Source: Podarcis gaigeae (Eukaryota). Taken from it: a DNA stretch of 64,000 nt. The notes under the pieces are model-generated. The model saw only the letters and a list, made by a program, of their open reading frames with translations. It was not told the origin of the DNA and made no database searches. Both the position numbers and the translations under genes were made by a program. Below are positions 40,298-50,240 of this stretch, in pieces. The DNA lies in NCBI GenBank assembly GCA_964106915.2, contig OZ066915.1. One strand, written 5' to 3'. Each line of letters begins with the position of its first letter. Within the stretch, counting starts at the first letter, position 1.

Positions 40298-40967
40298 TAT
40301 TTTTACAATGCATTTTTAATGTTTTAATTGACCAGTATCGATTAGTCTGAAGAAACCCTTGGACAGAAATTTGGTGAAATGGTTCTCCCCTCCTCAGGTT
40401 TTCTGCCCACAAGTAAGGTGGAGAATTTTGAGAAGCTCTAAAATCAGCTACTCTTTGCTGGAAATTTGTTTGTCTCACCATGTTAGCTACTCTATTTCTA
40501 ACTCTTCTAGCACAGCAGCAAACTGATTATTTTTCACAAATAGGAATGGAACTTCTCCAGCAGAAAAAAATAAAAATGAGATTTTCTATTTTCTACTGTC
40601 TGGTTTTGAGCTGCAGGACAAAGCTAAAAATAGATGTTTTTCTTGCTCCTGTAATATTTGCCACATTGGAAATGAACATGGCCGATACATAAAAATAGAA
40701 AACAATATATTCATAATTTTTCCATGTGGTTTTTGTTTGCTCTGCCACAATGGGAATAGCTAAATGGAAGAATAAAATAAGACACTGTAGGTGCACAATG
40801 GTACAAGTCATTCTTTTTTGCTCTTCAAGATAAGGCAACCCTAGTTGTGGTAAGCACTAGTGCCAAGGATCCTGCTTAGATGCCTGAGAAGTTTCAGTAA
40901 TAGGGTCATTTCCTGGATGGACCACTAGGACTGATAGAGTGGTGGTGCTATGGTGCCATCTTGTATG

Positions 40968-41334
40968 GTAAAAAAAGTAAAGGTAATGGACCCCTGGACG
41001 GTAAAGTCAAGCCAAAGGTGACTGTGGGGTGTGGCGCTCATCACACTTTTCAGGCTGAAGGAGCTGACCTTTGTTCACAGATGGCTTTCTGGGTCATGTG
41101 ACCAGCATGACTAAACTGCTTCTGCCGCAACGGGACACCATATCGAGTGCCAAAGCACATGGAAATGCTGTTTACCTTCCCACTGCAGCGATACCTATTT
41201 ATCAACTTGCACTGGTATGCTTTTGAACTGCTAAGTTGGCAGGAGCTGGCTGTTGCGCAGATTCTAACCGCTGACCTTCTGATGGGCAAACCCAAGAGGC
41301 TCAGTGGTTTAGACCACAGTGCCACCCACCTCCC
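40968..41334 (-). mobile_element. Sauria SINE, variant subfamily
   Basis: Same diagnostics as the copy at 16450; TSD atcttgtatg / attttgtatg. Confidence 0.92.
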
Positions 41335-42754
41335 ATTTTGTATGAGGTGTATGTGATGACTTGGGGGAAGGGGAGTTCTGTGGCATGTCCTCTCCACCAT
41401 GAATTCATTGACTTGTCCTATGTGTTCATGTGGTATGTGGGCATCATTGTTGGCATCAGTGGACACAGTTATTGTGTCCAAATTTACTGGGGGCATGTCT
41501 GCCATTTTTATATGTCACCTGCTCTCTCGCTTTCCTTTTTCTAACTCACTTAATGTGAGAATATGATTGCTCTGACTATTACATTGAAGTTCTTCTGGGC
41601 CAAAAGTCAAGCTAACTTTAAGCTTATTTCTTCCTAGATTAATTTAATGGTGTTTAGAATCCATCTTCATCAGTGTTAATTCTCCATACTAAGGTTCCGC
41701 CTTCCTGCTTGGTTCAAAGAAAATACATCTTTCTTTTTTTCATTTTGAAGTATTAAATATTAATGTGAGTCTTTCTGTCAGAGTCTGTCTGGGAATTATA
41801 TCAATTTCAGCTGCCACAATTTTACATTCCAATGAGCTCTGTGCTAATGAGAAATTAAGAGGCTTTAAAAAATGAGAATTTATATCAACCAATTAATTCC
41901 TTTTCAATATTTCAGGAGTTTGTGAAACATACACAAATCAAAGTAACACATTTTTTAAATTGCCAGGAAGTTATTTCTTTGGATATTGTCCTTGTTGTAA
42001 ATTTTATGTCAAATTCAAGGATTTTGATAACACGTTTAGGGTCTGTTCTTGTATTCAGGAATAGTGTGGTGGCTGCTTTTCTATTCTTCCATGACCTGCT
42101 TGCTGTTAGTTTTATGCTGGAGGATATAGCATGTCAACGATCATATGAGAGGAGTGAATGATGCGATTTCTTGCCACACCAGCATAAACTAGTGTTATGA
42201 AAAGTTGTGGTATTTTGGCCTTTTCCACAGGACCACTCTGATTTTGAATGACAAATGGGGGGAGGCATGGGGATCACAAAAAACCTCTCGGGGAACCATA
42301 TGTGGGCCATAGTCTGTGGGTTAGCGACGCCTGCTATACACATAGCATGTTAATGGGTCATATGGGCTGTTTCAAGGGCACTCACTTCAACAATCACTTG
42401 TATGATAACCAGAACATGCAGTCCAAATTGGTTAGAAATTTGCCATGGGTTTGTTGGTGATTTTGGCTAAAGTAATGTCTAGGCTCGCTCTGTGATTGTG
42501 GCCCGCTGTGTATACTATATATAGCATTTTGTAAAACATTTCCAGTCAATGTGGTTCCTAATTTAAAAGATGACTGTGCATGCAATTATACACTTATTTT
42601 TACACTTTCCTTAGTGGTGTCTTGTGATAAACAAACCTTATCACAAAAACCACATTCAAAATTTTGCCTAGTCTGTCCAAAATATCTCATACAGTATTGT
42701 TCATTTCACAATCCAAGCCTATTCCTTGTAAATATGTATGATAATTTGATTTTG

Positions 42755-42885
42755 AACATCAGAATGTAAGAAGAGATTGCTGTATCAGGCCAATGACCCA
42801 CCTAGTCCAGCATCCTCTTCTCACAATGGCCAACCAGAAAGATGCCTGGGGTAAACCCACAACCAGGATTTGAGTACAGGATTTG
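42755..42885 (-). mobile_element. CR1 LINE 3' terminus
   Basis: agaatgtaagaagag..atcaggccaatgacccacctagtccagcatcct matches the reptilian CR1 3' UTR. Confidence 0.7.
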
Positions 42886-43075
42886 GTTTCTAAAAACTGT
42901 TATTCAAAAGTATTAGCCCTCCATGATTTTGTGTGAATGTAAATGTGCAAATATGTAAACTTAATTAGAATGTAGCTACTGTATATCTGGCTATACTGGT
43001 TGTAGTGCATGCTGGGAAGCTGTTGCCATAGAATCCCTGACCTCAGAGACAACCACAAAATGATTACTGGTTTAA

Positions 43076-43242
43076 AAGGTAAAGGTAAAGGGACCCCTGA
43101 CCATTAGGTCCAGTCGTGACCGACTCTGGGGTTGCGGCGCTCATCTCGCTTTACTGGCCAGCATGACTAAGCCGCTTCTGGTGAACCAGAACAGCGCACA
43201 GAAATGCCATTTACCTTCCCGCCTATTTATCTACTTGCACTT
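43076..43242 (-). mobile_element. Sauria SINE, 5'-truncated, with two internal deletions
   Basis: The tail half is near-identical to the copy at 19473; the tRNA-derived head is missing. Confidence 0.92.
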
Positions 43243-43994
43243 CAGGTATTTTTTAATTTGTATTCCACCCTATATCGTAGATCTCAGGGGGGTTCACAAC
43301 ACTGTGATTCTGGACTCATTCACATGTAGTAAAATAGTATGGTTTAGTACTGCATGAATAAACCTGAAAAAGCCTGAGTGAAGTGTCCTGATTTAGTGTT
43401 AATGTTTGAAGCAGAGATGCTAGATTAAAACAAACTATGGTAAGTTTCACGGCAAGCCACCATCAAACCACTGATGATGAAGTTGGCTTGTTAAAGTAGT
43501 AATTCCCTGTTTGAAACCAGGATCTTTTGTTGAAATGTGACCTTGAGCTGGGGAAGTCCTCCTTTGCGTTCCTTGCCTTCTTCACCACCTAGAGCAGGGG
43601 TCTGCAACCTTTAAGACAAAAAGAGCCACTTGGACCCGTTTCCAAAAAAACAACAACAACTGGGAGCCGCAAAAACATTGCAACATTTAAAACAAATATA
43701 ACACTGTATTTATTGTTTCTTGCCTTAACGCTGTATATACAGGATCGTGCAGTCAGCTGTCAATCTCAAGAAAAAAGGACAAATAGCTAATTAAAATATT
43801 TAATTTACAACCAGTAAATTAAATACCACTTCAAAACAGTGACCAGTGTATATGGCCCCTTTCAATGCAGCCTGCTTACAAAGGCGGGAAAGACCAGCAA
43901 TAAGCTGTTGCATAACGTTCCCCAAGGAAAGTGTTAGCTATTCACCAAACTTCCCCCTGCTTAGTTTAAAAAGGGCCTTCAGGCAACTAACTCC

Positions 43995-44270
43995 CACGTG
44001 GAATTTCCTATAGTAAGATGGCGGCCGCCTCAGAAGACCACATGGGCAGATAAGATGGCTGCTGGGATGATCCGGTTACCCAGCAACAGCACAGCTGTTT
44101 CCGACGCTTTTGAAAGCAGCCGGCAAAGCAAGCGTTGGAGCGCCGAAGCCACCTAACCCCCACAACTAGAATGCTGCGCATGTGACCAAATGGCGAGGAC
44201 TTACTTTGCTAGAGACAAGCCCCGACACTACCACAAGCCTCCCTCTCTTCGCACCGCCCAGCCTCCCAAG
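43995..44270. promoter_or_regulatory. CpG-rich promoter/first-exon-like segment inside the hAT element
   Basis: E-box cacgtg 43995; YY1 aagatggcggc 44015-44025 and aagatggctgc 44052; RFX X-box gttacccagcaac 44075-44087; NRF1-like tgcgcatgtg 44175; minus-strand donor AAA|GTAAGT at 44204. Confidence 0.5.
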
Positions 44271-44671
44271 AAAAAAAACCCACCTCAAACAGTCACAAAG
44301 CACAAATTCCACGCGACCGCAACTTGCTATGCCCAATAATCAATGCCCCAAAATGCCATAGAAAATTAATCAGGGCCCCAGTGTACCATAAATCATAATC
44401 AGTGGCTGATGTAAATAATAATTAATAATGAGGCATTCGTCATTATAAAAATACCTTTTTATTATTCATTTGTTTGACCCCTCAGAATTACTCCTCCTCA
44501 TAGAAATAAAATTAACAAGTTACCTTTTTTTGAGTGTGTGTTCTTCACTCCCCTTCAAAACAGTGACCAGTGTATACGGCCCCTTTCAATGCAGCCTGCT
44601 TTCCCCAAGGAAAGAACAATTCACCAAACTTCCCCCTGCTTAAGTTTAAAAAGGGGCTTCAGGCAACTAAC

Positions 44672-45128
44672 TCCTCCGCCTCCTCCCCTCGCCTCCTCCC
44701 CTCGCCTCGCCTCCTCCCCTCGCCTCCTCCCCTCGCCTCGCCTCCTCCCCTCGCCTCCACTCCTCGCCTCCTCCCCTCGCCTCCACCCCTCGCCTCCTCC
44801 CCTCGCCTCCACTCCTCGCCTCCTCCCCTCACCTCCTCCCCTCGCCTCCTCCCCTCGCCTCCACTCCTCGCCTCCTCCCCTCGCCTCCACTCCTCGCCTC
44901 CTCCCCTCGCCTCCTCCCCTCGCCTCCACTCCTCGCCTCCTCCCCTCGCCTCCTCCCCTCGCCTCCACTCCTCGCCTCCTCCCCTCGCCTCCTCCCCTCG
45001 CCTCCACTCCTCGCCTCCTCCCCTCGCCTCCTCCCCTCGCCTCCTCCCCTCGCCTCCGCCCCTCGCTTCCTCCCCTCGCCTCCTCCCCTCGCCTCCGCTC
45101 CTCGCCTCCTCCCATCGCCTCCTCCCCG
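44672..45128. repeat. 13-mer VNTR (cctcgcctcctcc / cctcgcctccact), about 35 units
   Basis: Read directly; it produces the five overlapping low-complexity ORFs between 44538 and 45364. Confidence 0.95.
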
Positions 45129-45666
45129 GAGCCGCAGCAAAGGCTTTAAAGAGCCACATGCGGCTCTGGAGCCGCAGGTTGCCGACCCCCGACCTAGAGG
45201 CAGCTGCTGATATAAGCAAACTCCCCACTCAGCTGATGCCTCAACACCTGAGCTGCATGAAAACATACCACATAGATGATAGCTGTAGAATTTCTGTACT
45301 GTTCTGTATAGATATTGGGATAACTGTAGTGAACATATCTACTTTTCTGTGGGGCCCATCTTAGCATCTGTATACAAGAATCCTTTCTCTAACTCTGACT
45401 AGCCTAGACTTGCCTGATCTATGGTGATATCACTATAGAGTGGTAAATAATAATAATAAAAAAGCAAGAGTGCTAGTTCACTGAGCAGAGAAATTGCTTC
45501 TGACAGCTGGAATATGCATTAAACCCGAGGCATTTCCACCAAATAATACTGTGATATTGATGTTGTAAGTACTGATGGAGAATGCAGTATGATGATGAAC
45601 TGCTTCATGTTGCCTTAGGCTTAACTCATAAAAATACTAAATTTAATTATCTTAAGTGTGACCTCA

Positions 45667-45675
45667 ACACACACA

Positions 45676-45712
<37 letters not shown>
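45667..45712. repeat. Compound (AC)n(AG)n microsatellite
   Basis: Read directly. Confidence 0.96.
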
Positions 45713-46082
45713 TTTGTACATCTGTATATGTTAAAACCTCATCTCTCGCTCCCCAAACCACAACAGCTAGTATAGGGTTGCCATATTTCAAAAAGTGAAA
45801 ATCCAAACACAAAAGTTGTTGATCTTTAGTTTTGCCCAAAATATACACTTCCAACATGGGCTGCCATAATGTCCAGGCTCCATGGGGTACTAGTGCTGCC
45901 AGTGACAGCTCACTTGGACTCAGACGGGGAATGTATTAAATTGAACCAGCTTACTGTGGATAGATGTTCCTCCAGAAGCTGCCTCCATGGAAGTGATCTG
46001 TAGAGGACCAAATGGGTGCTATAGCTGTAAGCTGGCCTTTGACCATAAGCTGGCTCCATGGATGGACATCCTAGCCCTAGGG

Positions 46083-46212
46083 CAGTGGTGGCCAAACTCG
46101 GCCTTCTATCTGTTTTAGGACTACAATTCCCATCATCCGTGACCACTGGTCCTGTTAGCTAGGGATGATGGTAGTCCCAAAACAGCTGGAGGGCCAAGTT
46201 TGGTCACCACTG
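46083..46212. mobile_element. hAT palindromic MITE, 130 bp
   Basis: TIR cagtggtggccaaact / agtttggtcaccactg; perfect TSD ccctaggg at 46075-46082 and 46213-46220. Confidence 0.93.
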
Positions 46213-46478
46213 CCCTAGGGCATTCAGTTCCCCTGTCTAAATATTTTCTTCCTCTGAATGATTAACATCTGTAAAGAGCAATAGAAGATATACTGTCTCA
46301 AGACTTGCAGAGCAACAGAAAATCACATACAAACTCACAGGGAACTCTTTCATAAAATTTTGATATTATCTATACTGGGATGATAAAGTATAGGACTATG
46401 TTCTGCCTTCTGCTTTGTTAAGAATAATGATAAGGTATTTAATGTTTAACAAAGTTAAAATATAATGGTTTTCCCCAC

Positions 46479-46512
<34 letters not shown>

Positions 46513-46529
46513 TGAGTGAGTGAGAGAGA
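46479..46529. repeat. Compound (TG)n(AG)n(TGAG)n microsatellite
   Basis: Read directly. Confidence 0.93.
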
Positions 46530-46704
46530 AACCACTTATTTTGCTTAATATTTTTGAAAAACTTTTATGTTTTAAATAAATTAAGAAAACCAAGCATTAC
46601 AGAGAAAAGTGGCTTTTATGAAAAGGTGGACATGTTTAGCATTGGTCATGTATTTAAAGTATATTTAGTAACCTGTGACACAGAAATGTCACTCGAAGGA
46701 CTAC

Positions 46705-46706
<2 letters not shown>

Positions 46707-46739
<33 letters not shown>
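46707..46739. repeat. (AC)n microsatellite
   Basis: Read directly. Confidence 0.96.
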
Positions 46740-46740
<1 letters not shown>

Positions 46741-48787
46741 TCATGATAAAGATTGTGAATAGTATTTTCTATTATAAATTAGAATGTTTGCTAAATAAAG
46801 TGGCACATGGAACAACAGGGAGGAAGGTGCATATTATGTAGGCCTATTATGAAATAAAACAGATGATGCACACTCTCTAGGGAAGATAATTAAAATGACA
46901 ATGAAGAGGTAAGCTGATCCATGGGAACTGAACTACAAAATCTAATAAAATGAGTATCACTTTAATCAATCATTTTCAAAATCAGTCGCTTTATTCGTAT
47001 GCTGCCTTTCAAAAGTTAAAACCATACTCAAACATAACAAAGTCATAATGAAAAAAACAACAAAATGTACACAACCAAATTGAACAATTTTCACATAAAT
47101 CATAAGATCCAAAATAGAGATGCAAAAAATTAACATCCTAAACAACACCCACCCCCACAACAAACCCCATAAACAATACCCCAGCCCAGTACTCTGTTCA
47201 GCAGTCTCAACTTCTGTATCTGGAGTCAGAGAAGCAGAATCCAGATCAGAAATCTTTGCTCCCCACCCCCCTTAAATAACAAATTGCACATACTTCCTAC
47301 TTCAGGGAAAGCAGAGTTGCAGTTTCATTGACTTACATATGGGTCCGCTGCGACCAGCTCTTTCTTTATGAATGTCACCCATCTCCCATTAAAACTCCTG
47401 CTACAAGACCCTTAAGAAGTGGAAGATATATTGGTTGTTGAGATGTACTTGCTAACAATGCTCAGAGCAATAATGCGGTAGTCATAACTGCTACATAAAG
47501 TAGGCACTTCTATCCCAGGAGACAACTCCTTCTTTTAGCCTATGATTTTCAGTGGACTACACATACAGTTTTAAACTACAGTAGAGAACTAGCTTGGTAT
47601 GACACAAGACGATTTAGGAAAGAAGGCAGTGTACAGTTTCAGGCCCATTAACAGCAAAGTCTCAGAATGGTAATTCAAGCTTCCACAGTAAGATCTCTTT
47701 CCTGCAATTTTACCTGCCTGATGCAGGAACCACACTCTTCAGCTGCTAATGCATCAAACAATGCAGCAGCTGTGCTTAGTATCTTAGTTTTTGAACATGA
47801 AATTATGATGCAAATTAAAGGGGATATCATACTTCCTGCCAAAGCTAGTAGCCAAGTCTGAATCTGTAGTTTTACCTCTAATTTTATGGTTGACAGGCAG
47901 TGGAAATCTGATAAGCTGCTGTAAGAAACACCTTGCTGAATACCTTGCTAGTATGAATATTTCAGACCTAAGAACTAGAGAAGGGATTTGCATGAAATAA
48001 ACCACCATATCCTTGCATCCATATTTTTCATACCATCTATCCCATCTTCTTCCCATCACCACTTCACTCTCATTCTGGGAACAGCAGCACCCCGTGTTTT
48101 CAAGCTGCCTCCTTCTCCCTAAGTCCCCATGTCATAGCCCATTTCCTTCAAGAAGGTTCCCTAATTCTCATTATCTTCCCTCTCCTCTCCTGAAGCAAAG
48201 CATGAAGTTAAGGATTCCCCCACCCAAGTCTGATCTGCTCTGTTTCTATGTTTTTCTGTATGTATTTATGTTTCTCTATGGCCGTGGATATTTCAAGAAG
48301 TATGAGTGTTCAAAACATTGGATTAACAGCACCAAACATCTCTTGATTGTTTTCGTTTTTGTTGTTTTTAAGCACAACAGCAGAGATTTAAGCTTCATTT
48401 AATTTTTTTTTTAAAGCCTGTGTTCTGCTTCAGCAAAAAAGATAAACAGCCAGGGCTCTTCGGTACTTTGCAGATAGCATTCTAGACAACCTCAGATTGT
48501 AGGGCCAAATGCAGAAGACTGTAAGAATAACCATTAGAATAACCACCAGAAAGAAAGGCTGGTGTGAAGTGTTCAAGGGAGATTCACACCACCCAGCCAC
48601 CTCTTATTTATTTCAAGGTTAGAGAAGGACAACCTCCTGCTCTCCCCAAAAGGAATTATGTAGGTGGGTCATGGCAGTGCAGAAAGTTAAGCACTTGCTC
48701 CTTACTGTCAGAATTTCGAATTAAAGAACACTGATTCCTTACATCTCCGAAACACCGCCTCTGAGAAGGAACCTGTACTGCTACATT

Positions 48788-48823
48788 TATCTGAAGAAGT
48801 GTGCATGCACACGAAAGCTCATA
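48788..48823 (+). ncRNA. Minimal type I hammerhead ribozyme motif
   Basis: TAT-CTGAAGA-A-[GTGTGCATGCACAC, palindromic helix II]-GAAA-GC-TC-ATA. CUGANGA and GAAA core boxes present; UH cleavage site after C48820; helix I TAT/ATA. Confidence 0.8.
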
Positions 48824-48914
48824 CCAAGAACTGACTTAGTTGGTCTTTAAGGTGCTACTGGAAGGAATTTTTTTTGTTTTGACTATGGCAGACCAACACG
48901 GCTACCTATCTGTA
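48791..48914 (+). mobile_element. Penelope-like element terminal repeat (124 bp truncated copy)
   Basis: ttagttggtctttaaggtgctac...cagaccaacacggctacc..tctgtaac is the reptilian Penelope-type end; perfect 14 bp TSD actgctacatttat at 48777-48790 and 48915-48928. Confidence 0.85.
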
Positions 48915-49394
48915 ACTGCTACATTTATGACATAGCTAGGATTGCACAGAGATGCCATTTTGTATTAATCCTGAATCAGCCCACCCACTGTTGAATCCTA
49001 TGTCCCCTTTCAGACTGTAAGACTGGCAGCTGCTTGTGTTCTCTATCAGAAGTGAATAGCATATCAGTAAAGAACATGTGTATATTTAAGTTGTTCATCA
49101 ACCAAATTCAAAGGCTCTAGAGCCACTCTGAAATTCAAACCCATGCCTGCTTTTAAAATAAAAGTTTTAGGAGTGACAAACTATTTCACAGTCCATCTGC
49201 TAATCAACACTAACAGAAAATATCTTTTCACAGTTGGTGAAAACAGGCACGTCTTGATTATAGATCCACCTACCCTCAAGTGTCAGGACCTTTCTGAGAA
49301 TGCCTAACAAATCTCAGCATGGCAGACTCACTTACAATCTTTTGTGTGTCATAGGCTAAATTAATCACTGCTAAATTAATTTCTACACGTAGAG

Positions 49395-50240
49395 GGAAGT
49401 GCTGTAGAGGGAAGTGAGGGGCAGGTGGGGCTCATCAACCTGGGAAGGTAACCCATCTAGGAGAAGAAAAACTCTGATCCTAAACTTCTGCTGCCTTGTG
49501 GGATATCTTCGGCAGAAGAAAAGGCTAAGGAGCAAACTGTCATGAACTAGCAGGATTTCGGGGAGGAGGAAAAGGAGGAAGAGGATCCTGGTGAGGGGTG
49601 CAGCTGGGAGTGGGTCACACGGGAGCAAGCTGGGGATGGGGAAGGAGAGGTTGTTGTAGACAACAGTCATGGGGTGACAGAGGATGATGAGAGGGCAGGG
49701 ACTAGTGTGTGGAAGCTGAGCAGTGGGACCCTTCGCCAGAGCAAGAGAGGCCCCCGTCCCCATGAACATGGCAGGTCCTAAGACATAGGGAACAGCGGGT
49801 GGGGCACTCCAGGAAGCAGAGGCAGGCCAGAGCCTGCAGCCTGGTTTACTAGCTGGCAAGGTGGGGAAGGAGGCATGTGATTCCTCAGCTGGGGCAAGCT
49901 GAGAGCAGGTGAGGGTCACATGCCTCATCAAGCCCAGATGCTGCAATCAGCAGGCACAGTATAAGAAGGTAGCAGAGCTGGTGTACTGTGGCTGCTCAAC
50001 TGCCCATGTTGGGGGACCTTGCCTGGGTTGGACCTGGTCTTTCCTGGTCTTTGGACTTGGGTTATGTGGATTGGCTTCTGGACTTGGCACACTGTCTGCC
50101 AGGTAGGCCAGGGGATCAGGACATAAACCCTACACAAATACAGAGTGGAGTCCTTATGATGGCTGTATCCCTAAAGCAGCCTTGTATGCCTCCTTCCGGC
50201 AACTCCTGCAGCCAAGCTGGTGCCAGATGTATTGCTCTCA
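49395..50240 (+). mobile_element. LINE 5' UTR-like repeat (RTE/Vingi type), split by a solo LTR
   Basis: cccatctaggagaagaaaaactctgatcctaaac motif; the sequence rejoins as aggag(c/t)aaaccctacacaaat when the LTR is removed. Family name is tentative. Confidence 0.5.
49538..50123 (+). mobile_element. Solo LTR (Gypsy-like), 586 bp
   Basis: TGTC...GACA termini; 5 bp TSD caaac / taaac; TATA-like tataag at about 49960; GC-rich. Confidence 0.8.

Larger units (their letters stand above)
43595..45191. mobile_element. 1.6 kb non-autonomous hAT (Charlie-like) element with internal cargo
   Basis: TIRs caggggtctgcaacct / aggttgccgacccccg; perfect 8 bp TSD acctagag at 43587-43594 and 45192-45199; gagcc(a/g)c subterminal motifs at both ends; no transposase. 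Confidence 0.92.

Noticed and set aside
44672-45128. CRISPR array or other prokaryotic system
   Set aside because: There are no unique spacers and no cas or operon-like genes; the DNA is vertebrate.
44538-45364. Longest ORFs in the window (145-264 aa, Pro/Ser-rich or Arg/Gly/Glu-rich, both strands)
   Set aside because: They are open only because the 13-mer VNTR lacks stop codons; there is no coding signature.
49383-49946. 187 aa minus-strand ORF
   Set aside because: It crosses the LTR/LINE-UTR junction and has low complexity and no recognisable motif.
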